From: Planctomycetota bacterium
Lineage (GTDB): Bacteria > Planctomycetota > MHYJ01 > JACQXL01
Direction: 5' to 3'
NCBI GenBank assembly: GCA_016235865.1
Contig: JACRIK010000018.1
Span: 66,891 to 130,890, forward strand
Length of the DNA stretch: 64,000 bases
This document shows, in pieces, positions 48,500 to 57,487 of this stretch. Numbering within the stretch: position 1 is the stretch's first letter; each line of letters opens with the position of its first letter. The notes below the pieces were generated by a model, which was not told the DNA's origin, did not search any database, and was given only the letters and a program-made list of their open reading frames with translations. The translations under genes and the position numbers were made by a program.

Positions 48500-49588
48500 A
48501 TGAGGAAACTGAAAGGGAATTGGACTGATATATTTAACGGCTTCTCAGTGGCGTTGGATATCAAGAAGATGTTCGTCGGGTTTATCGGGTTATTTCTGAC
48601 CATGGTTATTTTGGGGCTTATTCCGGTTCTGGTGGCTGGGTATATTAATCCGTCGATTAAAGACATAAGCGATCCTTGCGAGCTTCATCAGCGCGCAAAA
48701 GAAACCATCATGGCCGGAACGCCCTGGAAAGTATATCTTTTCATCGCAGGGATATATCTGCTTATGATTCTGGTCTGGTCTTATCTGGGCGGTATTATCA
48801 GCCGGATTGCCGCAGTGAATATCACCAAGGATGAAGGACTCGACTTAAAGAAGGCAATTAGTTTTGTTAACAAGAAGTATATCTCCCTGTTCTCGCCGTT
48901 TATCCTGTCCATTCTTGGGTTTTTATTTTTCCTGGTTTGCAACCTGCTGGGCGGATTAGTCGGACGGATTCCCTTTGTCGGCGAATTATTGGTGGCTTTG
49001 TTGCTGCCGCTGGCCATAATCTCCGGCTTTATTATGGTCTTTATCTTTATCGGTTATGCCTTCAGCGCCAGGTTCTTCATTTCTACCATTGCGGTGGAGT
49101 CATCCGATGCCTTTGATGCGGTCAGCCGCAGCTTCCAGTATCTCTATGCCGAGCCTTGGCACTACATCTGGTATGTCCTGGTGGCTAAGGTCTATGGTAT
49201 AATTACCACCGCTTTTGTCTGGCTTTTCGGCGGAGCGATGATAGCTGTTTCATTAGCCACGGTTAAATTAGGTATGGGAGTGAAATTACAAGATATCCTT
49301 GCTATGACCGGGTTACATAATTGCGGGCAGATACCCGCTTCTGCGCCGATTACTTATAACATTGCGGCATATGTTATAATGGTGTGGTTGGTGCTTATCA
49401 TCGGCATGCTCCTGGCCTATGTCGTCTCATATTGTTTCTCAGCGCATACCATAATATATTTATTGATGCGCAAGAAGGTTGACGATATTGAGATGACCGA
49501 GCTCTATGAGGAAGAACCGGCCGGTGATTTGGCCGCGGTTCCGGAAGCGCCTAAGGCGGATAATCCGGCTACCCCGTCATCGACATAG
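48500..49588 (+). CDS. Polytopic membrane protein, hypothetical
   Basis: Multiple hydrophobic spans. SD GAAAGGAG. Confidence 0.45.
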   Translation: MRKLKGNWTDIFNGFSVALDIKKMFVGFIGLFLTMVILGLIPVLVAGYINPSIKDISDPCELHQRAKETIMAGTPWKVYLFIAGIYLLMILVWSYLGGIISRIAAVNITKDEGLDLKKAISFVNKKYISLFSPFILSILGFLFFLVCNLLGGLVGRIPFVGELLVALLLPLAIISGFIMVFIFIGYAFSARFFISTIAVESSDAFDAVSRSFQYLYAEPWHYIWYVLVAKVYGIITTAFVWLFGGAMIAVSLATVKLGMGVKLQDILAMTGLHNCGQIPASAPITYNIAAYVIMVWLVLIIGMLLAYVVSYCFSAHTIIYLLMRKKVDDIEMTELYEEEPAGDLAAVPEAPKADNPATPSST

Positions 49589-49590
49589 TT

Positions 49591-50334
49591 TTAATAGTTT
49601 ACTTTGATAAGGCAGAGCCCTTTGGCTGGCGCCGTTGGGCCTGCCTTTTTTCTTTCCTGCGAGTTAAGAATTTCCCTGATGCTTTCCGGCTTAATCTTTC
49701 CCTGGGCGACTAATAGCAATGTCCCGACAATCGTGCGCACCATATTGTATAAAAATCCGTTGCCTTTGATATCCACATAAACGTATTCGTTCTTTTTGAC
49801 TATTTTAATGGAATATATCTTCCGGATGCAGTTTTCTTTGGCGGATGATTTGCTGGCAAAGGCCCGGAAATCATGCCGGCCGACCAGATAGCGCGCGGCT
49901 TTTTTCATTCTGGCCAGAGAGATTCGGTAGGGCGCAAAATAATAGAAATTTCTGTCTAAGACAGACCGGATAAAGGAGTTTAATATGGTATAGCGGTAGT
50001 CTTTGCTTTTGGCATCATACATGGAATTGAATGATTTAGGGACTTCTTTTGCCGCGCGTATTGCGATATCATCAGGCAGATTGGAATTGAGCGCTTTGAT
50101 GAATTGCTGGGGCGTCATTCGCGAGCGGGTGCGGAAATTGGCTGCCTGTCCTTTGGCGTGGACCCCGCTGTCGGTCCGGCTGGCGCCGTAGAGTGTTATC
50201 TTATGACCGGTGATTTTGGTTAAGGCTTCGGTAATCACATCCTGAACCGCCTTGGCGTTCTGCTGAATCTGCCAGCCGCAGTAATTCGTGCCGTCGTACT
50301 CTATGGCTAATTTTATATTGCGCAGTTCTGCCAC
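49591..50334 (-). CDS. truA: tRNA pseudouridine(38-40) synthase
   Basis: IEYDGTNYCGWQIQ...ASRTDSGVHA catalytic Asp motif. Confidence 0.85.
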   Translation of the reverse strand: MAELRNIKLAIEYDGTNYCGWQIQQNAKAVQDVITEALTKITGHKITLYGASRTDSGVHAKGQAANFRTRSRMTPQQFIKALNSNLPDDIAIRAAKEVPKSFNSMYDAKSKDYRYTILNSFIRSVLDRNFYYFAPYRISLARMKKAARYLVGRHDFRAFASKSSAKENCIRKIYSIKIVKKNEYVYVDIKGNGFLYNMVRTIVGTLLLVAQGKIKPESIREILNSQERKKAGPTAPAKGLCLIKVNY

Positions 50335-50337
50335 GGC

Positions 50338-51492
50338 TTATTTCTTTTTCTCTAGTTCAGTTACGGTATTTAATAAATCCGGATAGCTCGGCATGGAAGT
50401 ATACTCCCTGATTATTTCACGTTTTGTTTGGCTGCTGCTTATTCCGCTGGCGACTCTGGTTAATCTGAATGTCTCTTTATTTTCTTTAGTAGGCCGTTTA
50501 GTATTTCCGTAAATTTCATAAATATAAGATGGATTTTTATCGACCCCTTCCTGATAGACTTCAAAATAATAATCCGCATAACGGAATCTAGACTCATTAG
50601 AATGGGGAAAAGGTGTAATGCGTTCTTTAACGATAATCACTTTTGGTTTTATATTAATAATGTCAAGTACGATTAGTTCTAAATAGCCGAAGTTAAGGCC
50701 TTGGTCAAATCTCTTAAGGTAAATTTCTTTAATCTGGGCTCTTAATTCTTCTCCTTTTTTATAATCCTGCTTAGCGTGGTAACACTGAATCAGTGGTTCA
50801 TAGGCGCGCCAGAAAGCCACATCAGATTTGAGGATGTTTTCCAATTCCTTAATGGCGTTGTCAAACATACCTCTGCTCTTATAGATAAGCGCCTTGCCCA
50901 GCGTGGCATCAAGGTAGTCCTTGTTGTTCTGTAATATCTTGTCCCAGATTTTCAGCGCCTCGGTGATATTGTCAGTTTCGTAATGCACCAGAGCTGTCTG
51001 ATGTAGGACATCCAATGATTCGGGTCTGAGTTTTGCTGCCATATCCAGGTATTGGAGCGCCTCCTTATATTTTTTGCTATCCAGGTAGAACTGCCCGAAT
51101 CCGAAATAGACCCAGAAACGCAGTTCTTGATTAGGCGTTTTGGACTCCAGCTCCAGCGCCCGCTTAAATGCGTTCTCTAATTCCTTGTCTTCCGCCAGGC
51201 GTCCGTAGAGATAATAATAGAGCGGATTCTGCGGTTCGGCGTTCATTTTCAGCAAGTATTCTTCTTTCAGGTCATTCAAGCCACCCCACTGGCGCATAAA
51301 ATTCTGATAAGCCCGGTGAGTTTCTATATCATTGGGATTACTCGCTATCTTCTGGCGGTATTCGGCTATCTTTTTTTGGTTAGTTTCCTGCTGCGGTGTT
51401 AAGCTGGTTTTATCCGGCTCATTGGCGGTCTGGGCATAAAGACCGGACGTGATTGTTATCAGGACTAATATAATGCCAATATTCTTTAACAT
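50338..51492 (-). CDS. Secreted TPR-repeat protein
   Basis: Signal peptide plus TPR-like repeats (YYLYGRLAE..., AYEPLIQCYHAKQDY). Confidence 0.6.
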   Translation of the reverse strand: MLKNIGIILVLITITSGLYAQTANEPDKTSLTPQQETNQKKIAEYRQKIASNPNDIETHRAYQNFMRQWGGLNDLKEEYLLKMNAEPQNPLYYYLYGRLAEDKELENAFKRALELESKTPNQELRFWVYFGFGQFYLDSKKYKEALQYLDMAAKLRPESLDVLHQTALVHYETDNITEALKIWDKILQNNKDYLDATLGKALIYKSRGMFDNAIKELENILKSDVAFWRAYEPLIQCYHAKQDYKKGEELRAQIKEIYLKRFDQGLNFGYLELIVLDIINIKPKVIIVKERITPFPHSNESRFRYADYYFEVYQEGVDKNPSYIYEIYGNTKRPTKENKETFRLTRVASGISSSQTKREIIREYTSMPSYPDLLNTVTELEKKK

Positions 51493-51505
51493 AGTTAGCC
51501 TCTTT

Positions 51506-52267
51506 TTATTTCCATCCCATTATCTGATGCATCTGCGGGATGATTCTAACATCGGACAGCTCCTTAGTAAATATATTGTGTATCCTAATAATCCGGTTCA
51601 GTACCGGGGTTTTTACGCCCCAGCGGACTGCGGAAACCGGCTGGAGCACCACCGGAATGTGTTTATTGATGCCGGCAATAATCCTTAGCGCCTTCTGATA
51701 TTCAGCCAGGGGGGTGGTGTGATTCATTATAATTTTTATATAGGTCTCTGTTTTCTTACTATCTGCCAGGGTCAGAAATCTTTTAGTCGATTCCCATAGT
51801 TTGTTATTGCTTTTGGCATCAGACGGCATCTTGATATCCATGGATATAATATCTATCAGGTCTATTACTTGTTTCAGTTGTTCAGGCAGGGTGCCGTTAG
51901 TTTCAAGCAATATGGGTATCTTTAGCCGCCTCAGGTAGCGCAGAAACACCTTTAGGAATGCGGCATGCAATAACGGTTCTCCGCCGGTCAGGGCAATGGC
52001 GTGGTAATGCGGGAATAGGGCGGTCAGCCGTTTTATGGTGTGTAACAGATAACCGTTCTCCATCGGATTGCGGCATGTATGCGAGATTTTGCCAAAAGGC
52101 GCGGTTTCTATCCGGCAATGTTTGGGTATGACCAATCCTTCAGGGGTATCGCAGTAAGAGCATCGCAGGTTACAGCCGGCAAGGCGGATAAAAAGATGAG
52201 GCCGGCCGACATATAATCCCTCGCCCTGGATGGAAGAAAATACAGAAACGACAGGGGCGTTAGCCAT
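51506..52267 (-). CDS. queE: 7-carboxy-7-deazaguanine synthase (radical SAM QueE)
   Basis: VFSSIQGEGLYVGRPHLFIRLAGCNLRCSYCDT. Confidence 0.8.
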   Translation of the reverse strand: MANAPVVSVFSSIQGEGLYVGRPHLFIRLAGCNLRCSYCDTPEGLVIPKHCRIETAPFGKISHTCRNPMENGYLLHTIKRLTALFPHYHAIALTGGEPLLHAAFLKVFLRYLRRLKIPILLETNGTLPEQLKQVIDLIDIISMDIKMPSDAKSNNKLWESTKRFLTLADSKKTETYIKIIMNHTTPLAEYQKALRIIAGINKHIPVVLQPVSAVRWGVKTPVLNRIIRIHNIFTKELSDVRIIPQMHQIMGWK

Positions 52268-52363
52268 AGGGGTGTATTATATTAGAATCCGTCTTGCAGT
52301 TCAAATAATAAGGGGCGCTCCGATATTAACCGGAACGCCCCTTTATCCGTTAAAGAACCGATG

Positions 52364-53737
52364 TTAGTTCTTGGACTTGTCCGTGTTCTCTTTATTTTCC
52401 TTGTTGGTATCGCCCTGGCCCTTGCCCTGTCCAGCGCTGTCGCGGCCTTCGCCTTTGCCGCCGTCTCTGACGCCGTTATTATCATTGTCCTTGGGAACGG
52501 TTCCGGTTACATCCATACTACCCTGGGACGTATTGGGCTTGCGGTTCTTACCTTCATTCCTTAGTTTCGGGTTGCAAATCGGGCAGGTTCTGGGATTATG
52601 CGGCGGTCTCAGGCGGGCATCTTTATCGTTACCCTGTCCGGAATTACCGTCACCGGGCCGGTCTACCTTGCCGCTATTGGCATCATCGCGGTTGTCGCCT
52701 CTGCGTTTGTTGTCAGATGAGCCGGAACTGCCTCCCTGCGGTTGTTTGGGCTGTGTTTTCGGCCTGTCGACGCCTTCTCTCTTGGGCGGCAGTTTTCTGT
52801 CGTTACCCTGTCCGGAATTGCCGTCACCGGGCCGGTCTATCTTGCCGCTCGTGGAATCGTCGCGGTTGTCTCCGGCGCCCCATTTACGCTTGGGCGGAAA
52901 TTTATTATCGCGCCTGTCCTCGCGGCGGTCACGGACATCCTCGCGTTTGTCTTTGGCGTCCTCACGTCTGTCCTTGACATCTTCGCGATTGTCGCGCCTG
53001 TCTTCTTTTCTATCCCAGGCATCTTCTTTTTTATCGCGTCGGTCTTCGGCCCTATCCCATTTGCCGCCATCTGTTTTGCTGTCACGTTTATCTTCTGCTC
53101 TGTCGCGTTTGTCCTCGCGGCGGTCTTTGATATCCTCGCGTTGATCGCGTTTGTCTTCGCGTTTGTCTTTGATATCCTCGCGGTTATTGCGCTGGTCTTC
53201 TTTCCGGTCCCGGACATCCTCGCGCCGGTCCGCGCCCCATTTACGCCTTAAGGAAGAATTATCCTTCCTGTTTTCATCGCCTTGACCTTTGCCCTGGCCT
53301 ATGCCATTGCGTCCTTCGCCCTGGCCGCGGTCCCGGACTCCGGAGTTATCATTATCTTTGGGATTGGTAGTCTGCGGAGGTTGTCGCTTGGGCGATTCTT
53401 TCTTGGGCGGCAGATGCCGCTTGCAAAGTGGGCAGGTCCTGGGGTCATGCTTGGGTGGTTTTACCCCGGGTTTTTTATCATCGCCCTGTCCGGAATTGCC
53501 GTCGCCCGGTCGGTCAACCTTACCGCTCTTGGCGTCATCGCGGTTATCGCCTTTACGGTCGTTGGCTGATGGTGCATTCTTGTTGGGAGTGTTTTTATTG
53601 CCGGCCTTGGGTCCGTTGTTGTTTCCGCCGGCCTTGGCCGGCGCCCTGCCAGGTTCAGCGTACAACGAGGCAACTAAACTGACTAACAGCATTACTGCCA
53701 GCAGATAGCCCATTCCCTTTCTTATGTTCTGCCACAT
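52364..53737 (-). CDS. Secreted hyper-charged low-complexity repeat protein (RED[IV]KDRREDKRD x about 14; flanking GKVDRPGDGNSGQG and PRTCPxC modules)
   Basis: Signal peptide MWQNIRKGMGYLLAVMLLVSLVASLYA. The internal repeat architecture is visible in the translation. Confidence 0.5.
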   Translation of the reverse strand: MWQNIRKGMGYLLAVMLLVSLVASLYAEPGRAPAKAGGNNNGPKAGNKNTPNKNAPSANDRKGDNRDDAKSGKVDRPGDGNSGQGDDKKPGVKPPKHDPRTCPLCKRHLPPKKESPKRQPPQTTNPKDNDNSGVRDRGQGEGRNGIGQGKGQGDENRKDNSSLRRKWGADRREDVRDRKEDQRNNREDIKDKREDKRDQREDIKDRREDKRDRAEDKRDSKTDGGKWDRAEDRRDKKEDAWDRKEDRRDNREDVKDRREDAKDKREDVRDRREDRRDNKFPPKRKWGAGDNRDDSTSGKIDRPGDGNSGQGNDRKLPPKREGVDRPKTQPKQPQGGSSGSSDNKRRGDNRDDANSGKVDRPGDGNSGQGNDKDARLRPPHNPRTCPICNPKLRNEGKNRKPNTSQGSMDVTGTVPKDNDNNGVRDGGKGEGRDSAGQGKGQGDTNKENKENTDKSKN

Positions 53738-53833
53738 ATCCCTGCTCCTTTCGTTAGAGTCCGTTGGACCCCGAAAGCATTCGGGGAACTTACGGACTCT
53801 TACGTCCCGCCGTATGGCGGGACATCTTGATTA

Positions 53834-54679
53834 TTATTTATTATTTCCTCCTGCCTTTGGCGGAGGGTTAGTTTTGTTTGGTTGGTGCCTTTTCTGGCCT
53901 TGCTTGGGAGCGCTATTATTATCGCCGCCTTGCTTGTTGTTATCCGGTCTCTTGGCATTATCAGGGTTTTTCTTTCTTTGTTCATCGCAGAGCTTCTTCA
54001 GCTGTTCCCGTCTCTGTTCGGGCGGAAGCTTCTTGAGTTCCTCAACCTTATCCGGTCCCAGTTTCTTCTTGAGGTCTTCCTCCAGTAGTTTCTTGATTTC
54101 CTTACGGCGTTCCTCGGGCGGAAGGTTCTTCAGCTCTTTCCTCTTTTCCTCGGGCAGTTGCTTGACCGCATCGATGGTATGCTGGACCATTTGGCGTTTG
54201 GCCGGGGTCATGTTCTGGATTTTGTGCATCAGTTCCTTGCGTTTTTCCGGGTCCATATTCTGGAGCCGTTCCTTAAGCGCCTGGCGTTTCTCCGGCGGCA
54301 TCTGCTGGAGTTGCTTATGGGCCTGCTGGAGACGTTCCTTTTCCTCCGGGGTCATCTTCTGGAACTTTCTGAAGGCCGCCTTGGTTTTCTCCTTCTGCTC
54401 CGGAGACATCTTCTGCCACTGTTCCTTCCGGCGTTCCATCATCATCTTGCGGAAACGAGGTTTTTCATCGGATGATTTACCGTTGTCTTTATTATCCGTT
54501 TTATCTTTGGCGTTGTCGTCTTTGGTATTATCCTGAGAAACGGACGGCGTATTATTTCCCTGATCCTTAGCCGGCTGGTTATTCTCTTGTGCAGAAGAAA
54601 TCAAAGCGCTTGCTGTAAAGAGTAGCGCCGCACACGCCATCATCAATAATCCGTGCAATCTGAGGAATCTGTGTTTCAT
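53834..54679 (-). CDS. Periplasmic LTXXQ-motif (Spy/CpxP/ZraP-like) repeat protein
   Basis: Signal peptide. About 8 repeats of [LM][STP]PE[QEK] (MSPEQ, MTPEE, MPPEK, MDPEK, LPPEQ...). Confidence 0.5.
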   Translation of the reverse strand: MKHRFLRLHGLLMMACAALLFTASALISSAQENNQPAKDQGNNTPSVSQDNTKDDNAKDKTDNKDNGKSSDEKPRFRKMMMERRKEQWQKMSPEQKEKTKAAFRKFQKMTPEEKERLQQAHKQLQQMPPEKRQALKERLQNMDPEKRKELMHKIQNMTPAKRQMVQHTIDAVKQLPEEKRKELKNLPPEERRKEIKKLLEEDLKKKLGPDKVEELKKLPPEQRREQLKKLCDEQRKKNPDNAKRPDNNKQGGDNNSAPKQGQKRHQPNKTNPPPKAGGNNK

Positions 54680-54681
54680 AA

Positions 54682-55146
54682 TTATTCTCCGTTCAGGTCC
54701 GCATCCATAATCTCGGGCATTGCCTCAACCAGTTCATAATCCTGGACGATATCCGCCACTTGGGCGGTTTCCATGTCCTCTAAGAGTTCGATATTGGCGA
54801 TTATCTCGGTATCTGAGCCGTTAAATGGGTTGACCAGCCAGACTAGGGCGGCCACCATAACCACGGCCGCCGAGGCCAGCAATCCGACCCGGCGCCAGCC
54901 CAGATGGAACCTATAGGCGCGTTCTAATTTATCTATCTTTTGGTTAAGCCCGGCCTGGAGATTGCCGGTTGCCGGCGCAACCTGATAGGCATCCAGCAGG
55001 GTATCCAATTGCTCCAACGCCTTTAACTCGCTTTGGCAGGCGGGGCAGGCACCCAGATGCGACGCTATCAGGGCCTTTAATTCCGGTGCCGTCTCGTCCC
55101 GGCGGTAGGCCTCTAACTCATTAATAACCTCATTACACTTAATCAT
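54682..55146 (-). CDS. zf-HC2 anti-sigma factor (single TM). The ORF track gives start 55182; ATG 55146 fits the family.
   Basis: MIKCNEVINELEAYRRDE...HLGACPACQ, plus TM RVGLLASAAVVMVAALVWLV. Confidence 0.55.
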   Translation of the reverse strand: MIKCNEVINELEAYRRDETAPELKALIASHLGACPACQSELKALEQLDTLLDAYQVAPATGNLQAGLNQKIDKLERAYRFHLGWRRVGLLASAAVVMVAALVWLVNPFNGSDTEIIANIELLEDMETAQVADIVQDYELVEAMPEIMDADLNGE

Positions 55147-55220
55147 ATTAGCGCTCTCTTTCTGACGATGGTATAAACACACCGGGGTGTGAAAAGTTAC
55201 GGTGAAAATAAATAAATTAA

Positions 55221-56387
55221 TTACAGGCCCATGCCCTGGGTAATCTTGAATTCGGAGAAATCCTTATTGCCGAAGCGGTTCAGAGTCAATTTGTCTATAA
55301 TAATAGAAGGCGGTTTATTTAGGGCTATCTCAGCCACAAGCTTGCCCAGCATCCCGGCTCGCATAAAGCCATAGCCGTTATCGCCGGTAGCCAGGATAAA
55401 ATTGGGTATCTCAGGCATCCGGCCGATAATCGGCATCCGGTCCGGCGTGGCCGTGACTAACCCGGCCCAGCTGTTGGCCACGCCCGCATCGGCCATCCCG
55501 GGTATCAGGTATGAAATCTTCTGGGCAATCTCTTCCAGGAATGCGTTGTCAGCCTTCTGCCGGAACTGGTCCGGATTCTCCTCGGTTTCGGTGGTGCCGT
55601 CGCCGGCCAGGAGCAGTCCGCCGGTCTCAGAGTGGAAATAGACATTCCGGTTAATATCATAGACCGCCGTGATGTTCTGAGGCAGGGGATGCGAGGGTTT
55701 CAATACCGCAATCTGGGTCCGGTATGGCTTTAAAGGCAGTTTCAGGCCCAGCAGTTCGCCCACCTTCTTGGCCCAGCATCCGGCCGCATTAATGAGCAGG
55801 GGAGTGGAGAATGTTCCCTCGCTTGATGTGACTTCAAAAATATCGCCAGTTCTGCGGAGGCCCGTAACCGGCGCCATTTCGTATAGCTTGGCGCCGTTTC
55901 GGCGTGCTTCCTTGGCAAAGCCGTTGACAATCTGGAATGGGTCGAGATAGCCGTCCTCCGGTGTGTATAGTCCGGCCGGAAAATCATCCAGATGCATCCA
56001 GTGCCCGAGATGTTTGCGGATGCCGGCCCGGTCCAGCCAGTCGGATTTGATATTATATTTATTTAACAGTGTCTGCGAGTCCCTGAGATATTGTTCCTCC
56101 TGAGCAGTGGTGGCCAGATAAATCAGGCCGCTCTGGTGGAATTTGATATCCTTATTGCGTTTGATAAGTTCCCGGTAGATATCCAGAGAGCCCTGAACCA
56201 GCTGGACGTCAATCTCATTGGCCCACTGGAGTATGGTCAATCCGGCCGCCTTGCCGGATGAGCCGCTGCCCAGCAGGTTCTTTTCCAGCAGGACGATATT
56301 TCTGGCTCCGGCCTGTGAGAGGTGGTAGGCGATGCTGGCGCCGATTACCCCTCCGCCGATGATAACAATATCTGCTGTCTTGCTCAT
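55221..56387 (-). CDS. FAD-dependent oxidoreductase, DAO family (glycine/D-amino-acid/sarcosine oxidase-like)
   Basis: DIVIIGGGVIGASIAYHLSQAG dinucleotide-binding motif. Confidence 0.8.
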   Translation of the reverse strand: MSKTADIVIIGGGVIGASIAYHLSQAGARNIVLLEKNLLGSGSSGKAAGLTILQWANEIDVQLVQGSLDIYRELIKRNKDIKFHQSGLIYLATTAQEEQYLRDSQTLLNKYNIKSDWLDRAGIRKHLGHWMHLDDFPAGLYTPEDGYLDPFQIVNGFAKEARRNGAKLYEMAPVTGLRRTGDIFEVTSSEGTFSTPLLINAAGCWAKKVGELLGLKLPLKPYRTQIAVLKPSHPLPQNITAVYDINRNVYFHSETGGLLLAGDGTTETEENPDQFRQKADNAFLEEIAQKISYLIPGMADAGVANSWAGLVTATPDRMPIIGRMPEIPNFILATGDNGYGFMRAGMLGKLVAEIALNKPPSIIIDKLTLNRFGNKDFSEFKITQGMGL

Positions 56388-56483
56388 AGTTAGGAGAATT
56401 TATATTATTATAATTGATTTTACAATAATATCATGATAAGTAATTTCGTAAGCGGATTAAGCGGATTTGGCAGATTGAGCGGA

Positions 56484-56511
56484 TAATCTGCGGAATCTGT
56501 GCAATCTGTGG
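56484..56511. repeat. 3x 9-mer AATCTG(C/T)G(G/C) ending AATCTGTGG, preceded by an AAGCGGATTAAGCGGATTT array (56449-56470). Lies upstream of the aminotransferase gene.
   Basis: Direct reading. Confidence 0.75.
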
Positions 56512-56526
56512 TTAGAAAGGTATTTT

Positions 56527-57459
56527 ATGTCAGATTTGATATGGTTAAACGGCGAATACATCAAGCGCAACGAGGCCAGGATAAGTTTATACGAAAGCGG
56601 ACTGCTTTACGGCTACGGGGTTTTTGAGACCATCATGATAAACAAGGGCCGGGGCTTCCAGTTGACGGCCCATTACGACCGGCTCAAGACCTCGGCCAAG
56701 CATATCCGGATGCCGGTCCATATCAGCCAGAAATCGCTGGATAAGGTTATCAGTCGGCTGGCCCAGATAAACAGCATTGAAAAGGGCTATGTCCGGATGG
56801 TCGTTTCGTCTTCTGAAGAGCCGATGAAGTCAATGAGGTTCTCATCGTCAGCCGAAGAGCCGAAAAAGGGATTGGATGAGACCGGAGAATATCAGACCTC
56901 CTCGATGATACTGGTCGAGACCGGTCCGATATCGCCGGACTATGAGAAATTCCGCTCCTCCGGCGTGAATGTCATTCTCTATCCGTCCCGGCGGAGCGCG
57001 GACACGGCTTACTATCGCCACAAGACCCTGGCTTATATGGAAAACCTGATAACCCGGCGCTGGGCATTCAAGAACAAGGCCCTGGAGGCGATTTTCGCCA
57101 ATACCAACGACAATATAATGGAAGGCACGCGCAGTTCGTTCTTCATCGTCAAGGACCGCAAGGTTTTTACGCCGTCCATCGAATCCAATATTCTGGCCGG
57201 GGTGACCCGGGACGTGGTCATGGGCCTGTGCACCAAGAATGCCATCAAGGTCCGGGAAAAACTTATGACCAAGGAAGACATCTTCACCGCGGACGAGGCA
57301 TTCCTGACCAGCACCCTGATGGAGATCATGCCGATCATCGCTTGCAAGGTCGAGAACAAGAATGGCGAGATAGACACCAAGGTGATAAAGGGCGGCCAGG
57401 TCGGCCCGGTCACCCGGGTGCTCCAGACCAGTTTCCGTGATTTGCTGGAGATGGCGTAA
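56527..57459 (+). CDS. Class IV aminotransferase (branched-chain / D-amino-acid aminotransferase or aminodeoxychorismate-lyase family)
   Basis: WLNGEYIKRNEARISLYESGLLYGYGVFET plus the fold-type IV C-terminal region. Confidence 0.7.
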   Translation: MSDLIWLNGEYIKRNEARISLYESGLLYGYGVFETIMINKGRGFQLTAHYDRLKTSAKHIRMPVHISQKSLDKVISRLAQINSIEKGYVRMVVSSSEEPMKSMRFSSSAEEPKKGLDETGEYQTSSMILVETGPISPDYEKFRSSGVNVILYPSRRSADTAYYRHKTLAYMENLITRRWAFKNKALEAIFANTNDNIMEGTRSSFFIVKDRKVFTPSIESNILAGVTRDVVMGLCTKNAIKVREKLMTKEDIFTADEAFLTSTLMEIMPIIACKVENKNGEIDTKVIKGGQVGPVTRVLQTSFRDLLEMA

Positions 57460-57487
57460 TTATATTATTAAGATTGGAAAAGACCTG

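Noticed and set aside
52371-54536. Several long plus-strand and alternate-frame ORFs (52371..53144, 52742..53251, 53289..53708, 53724..54536)
   Set aside because: They are shadows of the highly repetitive, compositionally biased minus-strand genes. The minus-strand genes have signal peptides and coherent repeat architecture.
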